Shown: positions 26,468 through 39,232, counted from the first letter of the stretch. The stretch: 64,000 bases of DNA from Macrostomum hystrix (GCA_950097015.1 CATNEN010000030.1:4278001-4342000); one strand, 5' to 3'. The notes: generated from the sequence alone by a model not told the origin. Numbers and translations are program-made.

Positions 26468-27439
26468 TCAACCGCTGGACTGCGCGCAGCCGGCGAAAGT
26501 CTCCTGCGAGTCGACTGTCATGGCCCGGTAGCCACCGTCAACCAGTAGATCCTCGCCGGTGACGAAGCCAGCGTCGCGACTGCACAGGAAGGCCACCACT
26601 CCGGCCACCTCACTGGTGTTGCCCTCGCGGCCCAGTGCGCTGTAGCGGCTTACCCGATCGGCCATGCCCGCCCTGGTGCCATCCGGAGACACCTTGGCTT
26701 GCTCCGGCGACCAGATGTAGCCTGGGCTCACCGAGTTGACGCGAATGCCTTCCGCGCCGAGGTCTAGGCACATACCGCGGCTCAGCGACACGATGGCACC
26801 CTTCGTAGCCACGTAGGTCCAGCGACCCCGGTAGGCGCTGTACGCGGCGGCGCTGCTCAGGTTAACCACAGCCCGGCTGCCCTGCGGAGCCAGGCGCATA
26901 TACGGCACGGCTGCCTGCACCGTGTTGAAGTAGCCGGTCACATTCACCTCCTAGGAGTCGGTCAGGGGTTTGTTTGGTTTGTCAGGTGACTGGCTAGACA
27001 GTTTTTTATTCCCAGTTTTTACCTGACAGAAGGCCCAATCCTGACTCGTAGCGTCCAGCCCCCTGCCTAGGAACGTACATGCGCAGTTCACCAGGCAGTT
27101 GATCCATCGGCCGTCGCCTTCTTGCGGACACCAGTCAGCCAGCTGGCCACAGGCCGACTGGCACGACTCCGGCTTTGTCACATCGCCATGACAGCCAAGC
27201 ACAGCGGAGAATCCCTGCTGTCTAAGATCCTCGACCGTGTCTTCAATGGCAGCCTGGTTGGCATCGAGAATCCCGACAGTAGCGCCGTCATTGGCGAATC
27301 TCTCCACAATGGCCCGACCGATTCCACTGGCTCCGCCAGTGACGAGAATTTTGTAGCCGGCAAACCGGCCCTTCGTGCTGCTCTGGTTCAGCGGCGGCTG
27401 CTCACGCGACAGAAAACTCTCAGAGTTGGCCGCTGACAT
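26468..27439 (-). CDS. Classical short-chain dehydrogenase/reductase (SDR), 2 exons (27439-27023, 26950-26468)
   Basis: TGGASGIG Rossmann motif, GDVT, LVNCA, catalytic YxxxK (YVATK), IRVNSVSPG, terminal TGEDLLVDGG; 72-nt phase-0 GT-AG intron joins WAFCQ to EVNVTGY. Confidence 0.92.
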
Positions 27440-28045
27440 CGCGAAAATTGTTACCTGAAGCAAAAATATTTAGCAAGGCCAAGACCGCGGGTGGAACGCA
27501 CAAAAATTTGGTTCACTGACAAATCTAGCCTCCACACTGGACTTTTATTGCGACAAACCAGTGAAGCAAGGCCAGGCTTGATAAGACACTCTCAGTGTGA
27601 AACAGAAGGTCTGGAATGGGCGATAGTCTTGGCCACTTGGCAAGTTAAAGCCACAACCGAAACTCTTAGCGGAGACATGGTGTCGTGTTGTGACAGTAAG
27701 AAGTGCATTGTAAAGCACACCGTACAGGCTTTATTTGATCGTACACAACTGCCGCAATGACCCCAGCGCCTTTAAAGCAGATTAAAATTGATGTATTTTG
27801 ACGGGTTTCTAGAATAGAAAACGGCGTATTGAAGCATAATGCACTCCTCATGGTACCATATGAAGCTTTAAAATATCTGTAGTTATCAAGTTCACTTGTG
27901 GAAAATAGCCGAGAATTTTCAATACAAATTTATAGTTAGTCGATAACTTTACAAAATGGATCAGGAAATCAGAAAGGAACTTTCTTAAACTAACGCGAAG
28001 TTCTTGCGAAAATTTCAAAGTCGAGTGTCACACATTTCCCAGGCT

Positions 28046-29341
28046 TTAGGGCATGCGGCAAAGCAAATCGTAGCAGACTGGCTCAGAGTGTAGGCAGGCC
28101 TCGATAGCGTGCATCACGGCTGGCAGAGGCGGCGGCTGCGCCACGAACCAGTACTTGGTGAGGCTGCACACGCGGGGCACTTCGGGCCACCGACCGTCCG
28201 TCACCAAGGCCTGCTGGCGATCGTTCTGACGTGGTTTTACAAGGGAGGGGCGCGGCAATAGATTACTAGACATCACGATGAAAACTTTACGGTGAAAAAT
28301 GGCTTCTATATCAACAACAAGAGACGCTAGCCCCAAAAGTCAGGGAGGCAAAGTCAGATGGCGCGCCGCAGAGCCAGCGCGCGAACATTGTTCGCACCGG
28401 TGGCAGTGTTGGGCGCCCCGGCGTCGCTCAGCAAGTACCCGACGTAGCGGCGGGTCCGAGCCTGGCCGTGCCTGAACGGGCCCTGCAGGGTGAGCAGCAG
28501 GACGTCCTGGGCGGACTGGCGGCAGTAGCTCTCGGCCCGAATAACGTGGCTTCTAAAGTTTCGTTTTAAACGACTTGTTTACGACATAAACAATTGTGAT
28601 AACAACTTCTGCGCTTCGTTTATGAGTCGTCCGAGACCCGTTGAAGTCGAAGGGGGTTTGCGGAGTAGCTAATTAGGAAGGCTTCAAAACTCTTTTACGC
28701 CTATAGCTATGCATCATGGCCTCCTTGTGCAATCATTTTTTCCGTTTCTTTCTTAACATTTTCAATTACTCTCGACGTGGCTCTGACGTAGCTCAAATGT
28801 TTATAAAACTGACTTCGGACGCCGAAATAGATTTTATTGATCATTTCGCGCATCTATGGCATCCTCACTCTTTATTAATGTGCCGACACTATATCGTTTT
28901 AATACAAGAGGAGCATACGGCGGAAATTTATGGAACTGATCATGGCATGACCATTGGTTTGTGTGCACAACAATTACCAATGCTCACAGTGGTAGAGAGG
29001 TTGACGCTGATGTCTAAAAAGGTGCAGCTCCGAGACCGGGTGTCCAGTCGCACTTTGTCGGGCCACGCCGCCTCAATTCGGACCTCCAGTTGCTTCAGAA
29101 AGGCCTCGTGCACTTTATTATTCCGGTTGTACTCTAGAAGCACTCGGGCTCGATTAACCATGCCGAATTTAGGGTCCGATGCTTTCACTAAGGTAATTTC
29201 AATAATTATCCTCTAAGTTATTAGTTAGTGTTTATGCGGGGCAACTCGCGTGCGTTTTTAACCTTATATTTAATGACATAGACTGCTTCTTTAAAGTACA
29301 TGTCCGATGAAAGGCTTTTCTCCGGATAACATAGACATCGG
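28046..29341 (-). CDS. Unidentified multi-exon gene (5' end not found); possible Penelope-type RT-derived fold lacking YxDD
   Basis: Candidate exons 29341-29300, 29187-28988, 28668-28592, 28552-28354 (or spliced onward to a GC-rich exon from about 28225 to 28046). GC-rich coding-like blocks are separated by AT-rich GT-AG gaps and the joined frame stays open. One intron is only about 40-50 nt, so boundaries are uncertain. Confidence 0.5.
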
Positions 29342-30969
29342 CTTAAGAAGATATTTTATATGCACCGCTGTTCGTAGCAGATAAATTTCAAATTGTTTAT
29401 GCAAATAAATTCAGGGCATAAACAGCATCAGCATGTAGCATTCCGCTGTTCATTTCGAATCGTCACAGGTTTTTTTTTCAATTGATGTGGACGTCAGCCG
29501 CCAACTTAGTGATCCTTTGTCTATCGAGTCAATAATATGCAGCATGTTGAAAATCGATATCGGCTAGACCACTTGTGGCGCTACCAGACTCGCAATATTT
29601 ATTCCCCGCAGATCCACCGCAGTCAGCGCTGCTAGGATAAGCTGCGCGTTGCACTTTATCAGAAAAAACCAGACCAACTGTCTCCGGGCTGGATAAAGGT
29701 GGCAGCATGAGCGCCATAAGTTATCTTGGGCCTGCATCCCGCCACCCCCAGGGCTCTCACAGAGCCCTATCGAAAAACCCACTCTGCTCTGCTGTTCTCA
29801 TCTTTCGCAGAATGAATGCTCCAAATGTTTTGGATATTAGAAATGCCGAAGAGCCGTGCGGAGGGTGGAGGTTCGGCTTCGGCTGGAATCCAGACGTGCC
29901 TGGACCAGCATACCCATCCGGGAGAACCTGTGTCCTGCCTCCCAAGCGATCAATAATGTTGCTCTCAGGCCCTTGCCTAGCTTCGTAGCCTTGAGTTTGT
30001 GCCCCTGTATCAGCTGAGCTTTTTTCATGCCTGGTCTGATATCGCTTCTGACACCAGCTGGGCTTGTACTCATGCCTCTTTTCGAATGGCTAAGGTGAAA
30101 TACTTGTACTCCGAGAGCAGTGAACCAAACGCACTTTCTTTAGTTCTCGGGCCTTGATAATGCTATATACTTTATTAGTTATCTGTGCACTTAAATTATC
30201 TAAAAACGCAAATTTCCAACTACCAAAATTGAATCAGCATTTATTTAATAGTACAAGTTCGATTTCAATTTACACGCGGCAAGAGTGACTGCAGGCAATG
30301 TCGTCCCGCTTGCAGTCAAGTGCCTTTACTATGCGCTTTTTGTCAAAAAACTAACCGAAAATTCCTCTCTTTCTCTACTTCAATTTAGTTTAACTGATTT
30401 CCAAATGATCCCAATACCGAATGGAACAACCGCTGACTTCAAGGACTCTCGCTTTGTCGTTGGGGCTTCCAAATTACATAGCGAAGTTATTTTTTCTTTT
30501 ACTAAAACCCCACCCTTTGATCCTTGAATATTCAAATAAAATTTCCAAAAAGATCTGCCACCTACAATGTTTTCGATTTTGGCTTGATTGCTGGAGAGAA
30601 TTTGACCGAGCCCGAAAATTGCTAATTGAAACCCCGCCATTCAGTCATTAATAATTAACCGTTTTTATCTTCGCACTAATTCCATGCCGTTGGCTTTGCT
30701 ACCGACTCGACCTGACTGCTCCCCAGCCGGTCCCAATATCTTGCCAGAGCCGCATATCGAATTTTCCTTCCCCCCTCATCGTCTGACAGGAGCAATTTGG
30801 CCAGCTAGACGCGATTCTCAGGACCACGGAAACTGGCTGTCTCCGTGGCGTTGCTACCCGCTGTCAGCTGTAGGGCTTCAAGCTGCTCATTCTGTCTGCT
30901 AGATGCAGGCAGTGGATTGTGGATACTGTGCCTACGGGACTTCTATGACTTCTGCACTTGATTCCCTAA

Positions 30970-31160
30970 TTGCTTCAGTTCACCCAGTTGCAAAATGGGT
31001 ACCAGCACTAGCTGCGGTAGAAAGTACCGTGGCCACCTCCCCGGTCCATGGACTGGGCTTCTAGCTGTACACAACCTTTGAAAGCGGCTGTGCCACTGGC
31101 TGTACAGTCAGTCCACGCATCTGGGCAGTTTGCTATGTCTGTATATATATATATCCATAT
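30970..31160 (+). mobile_element. 5'-truncated copy of the SINE at 62815
   Basis: Shares TTGCTTCAGTTCACCCAG..AAATGGGTACCAGCA and downstream GTCC(A/G)TGGACTG and CGGCTGTGC blocks; ends in a TA-rich tail. Confidence 0.8.
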
Positions 31161-32649
31161 ATATGATAATAGATACTAATTTTATGCCTATGGAATTCCA
31201 AGATACTAAAAAACCGTGGCTTGCCAATTGAAGCCATTTGTGTTCTGATAGAACGCAGATCGTAATGGACAATTTACGCGAGCTCGTGTATATCTAGGAA
31301 TGTAGTTTTCAAATTTATGGACAGTGAATCGCTGTATAAGGATAGCTTACATACACCCAGACAGCTAAAAGTCTAACAGCCTTGGATGAACGGCAAAAGT
31401 CCAAGTACTGAGAGCGACCAGCGTGAACCATTTGTTACTAACCAAAACGGAGGCTATTTACCACCGAGCAGCAAGTGCGACCTACAACAGGAAAACTCTC
31501 GTTTTGTTTATCCCGAACGCAAAAAAGGAAAAATGTCTAAAAGGCTGCTCCCCAGCTGGAATGAACGAGGCTTTCAAGTTAAACCAGACACAATAGCGCT
31601 TGATTCCTGCTTCACTGACTTGAAAAACTGTCCCCGAGTTCCTCAAATGCTAAGTAAACTGCATAGCAAACACTCGCTACATTTTAAGAACTGGCCTCTT
31701 TCACCGTACAGCTGCACTTGCAGTGACCCTACTAGAATTTTCGCTGGATCCGGGTAAGCCGCAATGTCACAGCTAGCTCATTATAGATTATTGAATTATT
31801 GGTAATAGTAGAGGCTCATTTGTTAATGCTTTGAAAAATGAATGACTCGTACCGTTACACAGTGAATAGTCCCCCCCTGAGCTCCGCCTAAGCTTAGGGT
31901 TCCCAAGTAGCGTATTTCAGTATTTCCACACTCAGCTGTTGTTGCTCGCCACCGTCCTATTTCAATGCTGACAACTAGCTGATAGAGTGCGTCTTCCTGT
32001 CTCAAATATTAAAAACGGTCTCTTCAATCTCCTTCCCTGCTAATTCATTTTCTCCAAGGCCAGAGAATAGGAAGCATTGTCTCCCAAATATACCAGCTCT
32101 GATTGGTCGAAAGGCCAAAGGAAGCTAGGAAATAGTGGATTCGGTGACTAACGCGCACAACGTTACACAGCCGTGCTCTTCTGCGATCCCGCATGCCCAC
32201 ATCTAAGCCAGTGGGAAACCAACTAAGTGGAAGGGTAGCGGAGTGAGAGGGCGAGAGGGCGAGAGGGCTGGAGGACGGGCCAAGCGTACAAGCGTGCGCC
32301 ACATGCAGCAGCAACACCCTGTGCCGAAATGGGGCAAGGACGGAGGCGGCGGGGCAGTGGGGACAGAGGCTGCTGTTCGCCGCTTAACATACACGTTCGC
32401 AACGTCCGCATGCGACCGCAGCGAAAAAAACATTTTTAATTCAAAGAAAACCAGCTCGTGATCAAAACCAACTGCAGAAAGCTTGCACTGATCAATTAAA
32501 CGGTGGCACTTCTCTACTCAATCTGATCAGCTCATGAGCACCGCTCATTTGCAACAATCTGGCCGTCGGGCTTTGCCTCGACTGAGTCTATTCAAGGTGA
32601 GCTGCGTGTAGGCTGGCGCCCTCTTGCAATCCTGTGTTTCACCTCTACA

Positions 32650-33080
32650 GGAGCTTCATTCAGGTAGCGGAGCTTCATTCAGGTAGCGGAGCTTCATTCA
32701 GGGAGTGGAGCTTCATTCAGGGAGTGGAGCTTCATTCAGGTAGCGGAGCTTCATTCAGGGAGTGGAGCTTCATTCAGGTAGCGGAGCTTCATTCAGGTAG
32801 CGGAGCTTCATTCAGGTAGCGGAGCTTTATTCAGGGAGTGAGGCAGAGATGGAACCTTCATTCAGAGATAGAACCTTCATTCAGAGATAGAACCTTCATT
32901 CAGAGATAGAACCTTCATTCAGAGATAGAACCTTCATTCAGAGATAGAACCTTCATTCAGAGATAGAACCTTCATTCAGAGATAGAACCTTCATTCAGAG
33001 ATAGAACCTTCATTCAGAGATAGAACCTTCATTCAGAGATAGAACCTTCATTCAGAGATAGAACCTTCATTCAGAGATAG
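32650..33080. repeat. Two abutting 19-bp arrays: GGAGCTTCATTCAGG(G/T)AG(T/C) then GAACCTTCATTCAGAGATA
   Basis: Direct inspection; shared CTTCATTCAG core, with the switch at about 32843. Confidence 0.93.
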
Positions 33081-33651
33081 CCAAGTAAATTTTCTTTTGC
33101 AACTAAATCTTCTGAGTAACATCATTGACCTAATTAGGGCTAAATATTTCCTTGGAGTTCAGGTGCAGGTTAACTCAAAATGAAGTGCATCAACACGCTA
33201 GACTTCACCGCATGTCCTGGGTAACACAATTTTTGGAATGAGATTGAAGTGGCTGACTGTAAAGTTATGACTATACTCAATGTATAAGCGCAATTTATTT
33301 CTTTAGCAGCTCACGTGATCTTCGGAGAGTGCACTTTTCATTAGGGCTGTGCCAAAACCGTTCTGTATCTGTGGGTTCTCTCAATGAGGGAGGCTTATCT
33401 CTTCACACTAACACGAAAAAGTTTTCTAAACGAGCATAAGCTGATTGGAAATACAATGCTAGGCCATTGAAAGGATTTGGAAAACCTTGAAAAGGTGAGT
33501 CAGGTATGTTAGGGGGTTGGGGGCTCAACTCTCTGCTGACTTTGACAGTAGGAATCCCACGAATTACTTTGCCTAGGCCTAAGCCTGGCTTAATTAATTG
33601 CGAAATAAACTGAGAATTAAATATTAACGATCTCCATCACAGCATATGCTT

Positions 33652-35810
33652 ATCCTAGGAGTGGGGGTTCATACAGTGAGTGAGGATTCATCCTATGAGT
33701 GGGGGTTCATACAGTGAATGAGGGTTCATCCTATGAGTGGGGGTTCATACAGTGAGTGAGGGTTCATCCTATGAGTGGGGGTTCATATAGTGAGTGAGGG
33801 TTCATCCTATGAGTGGGGGTTCATATAGTGAGTGAGGGTTCATACAGTGAGTGAGGGTTCATACAGTGAGTGAGGGTTCATACAGTGAGTGAGGGTTCAT
33901 CCTATGAGTGGGGGTTCATACAGTGAGTGAGGGTTCATACAGTGAGTGAGGGTTCATACAGTGAGTGAGGGTTCATCCTATGAGTGGGGGTTCATACAGT
34001 GAGTGAGGGTTCATCCTATGAGTGGGGGTTCATACAGTGAGTGAGGGTTCATCCTATGAGTGGGGGTTCATACAGTGAGTGAGGGTTCATACAGTGAGTG
34101 AGGGTTCATACAGTGAGTGAGGGTTCATCCTATGAGTTGGGGTTCATACAGTGAGTGAGGGTTCATACAGTGAGTGAGGGTTCATCCTATGAGTGGGGGT
34201 TCATACAGTGAGTGAGGGTTCATCCTATGAGTGGGGGTTCATGCAGTGAGTGAGGGTTCATCCTATGAGTGGGGGTTCATGCAGTGAGTGAGGGTTCATC
34301 CTATGAGTGGGGGTTCATACAGTGAGTGAGGGTTCATCCTATGAGTGGGGGTTCATACAGTGAGTGGGGGTTCATCCTATGAGTGGGGGTTCATACAGTG
34401 AGTGAGGGTTCATCCTATGAGTGGGGGTTCATACAGTGAGTGAGGGTTCATACAGTGAGTGAGGATTCATCCTATGAGTGGGGGTTCATACAGTGAGTGA
34501 GGGTTCATCCTATGAGTGGGGGTTCATACAGTGAGTGAGGGTTCATCCTATGAGTGGGGGTTCATATAGTGAGTGAGGGTTCATCCTATGATTGGGGGTT
34601 CATATAGTGAGTAAGGGTTCATACAGTGAGTGAGGGTTCATACAGTGAGTGAGGGTTCATACAGTGAGTGAGGGTTCATCCTATGAGTTGGGGTTCATAC
34701 AGTGAGTGAGGGTTCATACAGTGAGTGAGGGTTCATACAGTGAGTGAGGGTTCATCCTATGAGTTGGGGTTCATACAGTGAGTGAGGGTTCATCCTATGA
34801 GTGGGGGTTCATACAGTGAGTGAGGGTTCATCCTATGAGTGGGGGTTCATGCAGTGAGTGAGGGTTCATCCTATGAGTGGGGGTTCATGCAGTGAGTGAG
34901 GGTTCATCCTATGAGTGGGGGTTCATACAGTGAGTGAGGGTTCATCCTATGAGTGGGGGTTCATACAGTGAGTGGGGGTTCATCCTATGAGTGGGGGTTC
35001 ATACAGTGAGTGAGGGTTCATCCTATGAGTGGGGGTTCATACAGTGAGTGAGGGTTCATACAGTGAGTGAGGATTCATCCTATGAGTGGGGGTTCATACA
35101 GTGAGTGAGGGTTCATCCTATGAGTGGGGGTTCATACAGTGAGTGAGGGTTCATCCTATGAGTGGGGGTTCATATAGTGAGTGAGGGTTCATCCTATGAG
35201 TGGGGGTTCATACAGTGAGTGAGGGTTCATACAGTGAGTGAGGGTTCATACAGTGAGTGAGGGTTCATCCTATGAGTTGGGGTTCATACAGTGAGTGAGG
35301 GTTCATACAGTGAGTGAGGGTTCATACAGTGAGTGAGGGTTCATCCTATGAGTGGGGGTTCATACAGTGAGTGAGGGTTCATCCTATGAGTGGGGGTTCA
35401 TGCAGTGAGTGAGGGTTCATCCTATGAGTTGGGGTTCATACAGTGAGTGAGGGTTCATACAGTGAGTGAGGGTTCATACAGTGAGTGAGGGTTCATCCTA
35501 TGAGTGGGGGTTCATGCAGTGAGTGAGGGTTCATCCTATGAGTGGTGGTTCATGCAGTGAGTGAGGGTTCATCCTATGAGTGGGGGTTCATGCAGTGAGT
35601 GAGGGTTCATCCTATGAGTGGTGGTTCATGCAGTGAGTGAGGGTTCATCATATGAGTGGGGGTTCATCCTATGAGTGGGGGTTCATACAATGAGTGAGGA
35701 TTTATACAATGAGTGAGGGTTCACACAATGAGTGAGGGTTAATCACACAATGAGTGACGATTCATGCAATGAGTGAGGATTCATCCTCTGAGTGGGAGTT
35801 CATACTATGA
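33652..35810. repeat. 19-bp two-variant minisatellite (GGGTTCATACAGTGAGTGA / GGGTTCATCCTATGAGTGG), about 113 units
   Basis: Direct inspection; marker variant GGATTCATCC at 33684, 34463 and 35071 (spacings 41x19 and 32x19). Confidence 0.96.
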
Positions 35811-36474
35811 GTTTCCTTATCACACTTTCCTTTCACCCAGTTAATTGTGAATCGAACCCTCACCTTAAAAAAGTACAAACCCAAGAACTCTCAGACTGTA
35901 AGCAGGCATTGAAATATATTTATGAATTCCTTATCATACTACTAATGAGCAGTGGTGAAGGTATATCTAGGTGAAATTGAAAGCTTATCAACAAAAAGAG
36001 TGCATCAGAATGCATTGAGTCTGAGTATAAGCTGCAGTTTGCCTGGCTTTGATAAATGACCAGACAACTCCCCCGCAATCTGTAAAGCACTGGCTAGCTA
36101 TTTCCTGCTTCATAGTCCAGTCGCATGACTGATGGCCTGATGATAGTAGCTGCGCCTAGGCTTCTAGGCATAGCGCTTTTGTGGCAGCAATTTTCTGGTT
36201 CTGTGCCGTGTTTAACTGCAATAATTCTACTATGGACTGTGGCTTGTGTTCGCAATCGAAGCTAGTGAGGATGATAATAAATGCTCCTGCTATTTCATTG
36301 CTAATTCAATGCTGATAAAAAATGTTTTCAGTCTCGGCTATCATGGTAATTGCTGCCAGAAAGGCTTTGTTTTGTAGAATGGATGGCTGAAATACTGAAA
36401 TGTTGAAATGGCCGTGATTGAACAAAACTACAATAATCTAGTGCGGATGCTAGAAAAATTCAGGAAATTCTTGC

Positions 36475-36865
36475 ACAGATGGCAGAAATATTCTCGACAC
36501 TCTTGTACGGGTTGCAGAAGATACAAGATACTCTGGTACGGCTGGCACAAGAATCAAGATACTCTTGAACGAATGGCAGAAGAATCAAGATACTTTAGTA
36601 CGAATGACCAGAAGAATCAAGATACCCTTGAACGAATGGCAGAAGAATCAAGATTCTCTTGTACGAATGACCAGAAGAATCAAGATACCCTTGAACGAAT
36701 GACCAGAAGAATCAAGATTCTCTTGTACAAATGACTAGAAGAATCAAGATACCCTTGTACGAATGGCAGAAGAATCAAGATACTCTTGTACGAATGGCAG
36801 AAGATTCAAGATTCTCTTGTACGAATGGCAGAAGAGTCAAGATTCTCTGGAACGAATGACAGAAG
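36475..36865. repeat. Degenerate tandem repeat of about 31 bp (GAATCAAGATACTCTTGTACGAATGGCAGAA)
   Basis: Direct inspection. Confidence 0.88.
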
Positions 36866-38566
36866 AATTGCATATCTCATAGTCCAGCAGTTGGAGCTTG
36901 ATCAAACTACGTATTTCTTTGCAAAAATAATGTCGGATAGCATGTCCTATGTTTACTAGATTTACAAAAAATTGACCGAGGAAATGTACAGGCAGCAACT
37001 CATTGATCCAAACTAGGCTTCATGCCCCAGCTCAAGCAGGTATTATATAACAGAGTTACGTAATTAATCAAATCTCAACACGGGAGAGCAATTTCCTGTG
37101 TTTGGTCCTGCAGAAATCTCACATCCCATCGATTTGTACGTGAATTTTGCTTCACTCCGCCGTGATTGAAGAGGCATCACACAGCGCAAAAGTGGCTTCT
37201 CTGATTTCTGCACTCAGACTTAATTCGTTTAATCGCCCTGCCTCAAATGGCGAAAAAGCTTCGAAGCGGCGATGCCGGGAGCTGTTTGCAAGTTCCGATC
37301 GGCCAGTTTGCGAACATGGCAGGAAGGACTCTCACTGCTACCGGACTGACTTGGAAGCGACCGAATTAATTCGGTCTCCGAGCACAGAGCGACTGACAGG
37401 ATGACATAGGAGTCGGCTCCCACGCCAGCGAAGGACGAAAAGGAAAAAGTCAGGAGGGAAAAGGAAATAGGAGACGGGAGCAGTGGAGAGGGGATTTGTG
37501 CGCACCCTTGACGAGTCTTCCAATCCGTTGAATCTCTGCCCGCTGAAGATCTCGGGCATGAAGCTATAGACAGCGGCGGAACCACTGATGCAAGCGATCT
37601 TTCAGTTTATTGCCTCCATCCCCTCCTATACCTCTCTCTCTTTCTGCCTCGCTCTCTCGGAGCTGCCGGGCCGTTGCAAAATGTGAAAGAACATTGCAAA
37701 AGTCGGCTGCGAAGATATGAGTTCTGGGAAACTCAATTAAAATTCTGAAGCCTCAGCAGAGACGTCTCCCGTGCGCAGGATGTCGCATTGAGGGCCCAGT
37801 GCATGACAACGGAGGCTGCAGCACAGCCAAAGCAAGCAATGGCTGCTTCGATTGCGGTCGGCAAACGCAAGCCGATATTTTTTAAGCATATTTGCCCATC
37901 TCTACACGTTGTCCCGATGAGTTTAATCGCCCCTGTTTTGTCCTCTAAAGTCGATACATGGTGGCAAGAATTCATTATCGTGACCTGAAAGACGTCTAGA
38001 AGCCATTAACCTGCTGAGGTGGTGAATCCGCTGTTTTTTAATTAGGAATTGGGGTCGCCAAGCAACTCTCCGACTAACGCCTCACTCTTTTCTCAGTAAA
38101 CATCCTCATTGGCTGCTTTTTGGGAACGAGACCAGAGAGGAGAAGGGAAAGGAGGTCTGGGGATTCGAATCATTGCAACGTGACCCGAGAGCAAACTTGA
38201 CCCAGCAGGACCCGGTGCGCAGAATATTGAGCTCTGCTCACAGCCATCTCGGCCACCCCGCAAAGTCGACCAGCCTCTCCCGCCTTCACCCCTCCCCAAT
38301 CGCTGCCCCAATCCCCTCTGTCTGTCTTCCACTCATCTCCTCCTAACCCCCACGCCTCATTTTTCCCAGCTCCAGTGCTTTTCCGCTTAGGCGCCCCCTC
38401 CCCAACCCGACTGTCCCCCACTCACTTCATTTATCTCTCGCTTCTTATGCGGTTACCTGACTTTATCCATTCACTAGCCATTCACTGTCAGTCACTGCGA
38501 AGCGAAGGCCTCATAAAAGAGCCAAGCCCAGAGACTAAAAATTGAAAATAGGAATCGGGGGCAGTC

Positions 38567-38821
38567 ATGAGTTCGCCTTACAGCCCTCTGGGTTCGCCAG
38601 CTCGAGCCTTCAACAGTCAGCACCAGCAGCAGCACCAGCAGTTTCACCAGCACCTGCACAGCAGGCTCAGCTCAGTGTTCACCTGCAAGAAGCAGCGGGT
38701 GCGGCCACAGCCAGAGACTGACGGCAGCGACAGCGACGAATCGACAGAGGTTGACGTGCCAGACCAACCGTCCGCTGCTTCTAGGAGGATATTCCACCTG
38801 TTCAGAGCGCGCATCCGACAG
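38567..38821 (+). CDS. Candidate alternative first coding exon of the PDZ gene (MSSPYSPLGSP...RARIRQ)
   Basis: ATG, Q/H-rich and acidic coding-like composition, phase-0 donor CAG|GTGCGA compatible with the acceptor at 43122; lies after a pyrimidine-rich promoter-like tract (38270-38460). Confidence 0.55.
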
Positions 38822-38860
38822 GTGCGACTCAGCAACTTGGGGAGTGCGTTAGAGGAAGTA

Positions 38861-39232
38861 GAGTGGAGCTTCATTCAGGGAGTGGAGCTTCATTCAGGGA
38901 GTGGAACTTCATTCAGGGAGTGGAGCTTCATTCAGGGAAAGGGGCTTGATTCAGGGAGTGGAGCTTCATTCAGGGAGTGGAGCTTCATTCAGGGAGTGGA
39001 GCTTCATTCAGGGAGTGGAGCTTCATTCAGGGAGTGGAGCTTCATTCAGGGAGTGGAGCTTCATTCAGGGAGTGGAGCTTCATTCAGGGAGTGGAGCTTC
39101 ATTCAGGGAGTGGAGCTTCATTCAGGGAGTGGAGCTTCATTCAGGGAGTGGAGCTTCATTCAGGGAGTGGAGCTTCATTCAGGGAGTGGAGCTTCATTCA
39201 GGGAAAGGGGCTTGATTCAGGGAGTGGGGCTT
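38861..39232. repeat. 19-bp array (GGAGCTTCATTCAGGGAGT), about 19 units
   Basis: Same unit as at 32650-32840. Confidence 0.95.

Noticed and set aside
36408-36734. 108-aa ORF with KNQDTLERMAEESR repeats
   Set aside because: Product of the 31-bp array, which is not a multiple of 3; no splice or homology support.
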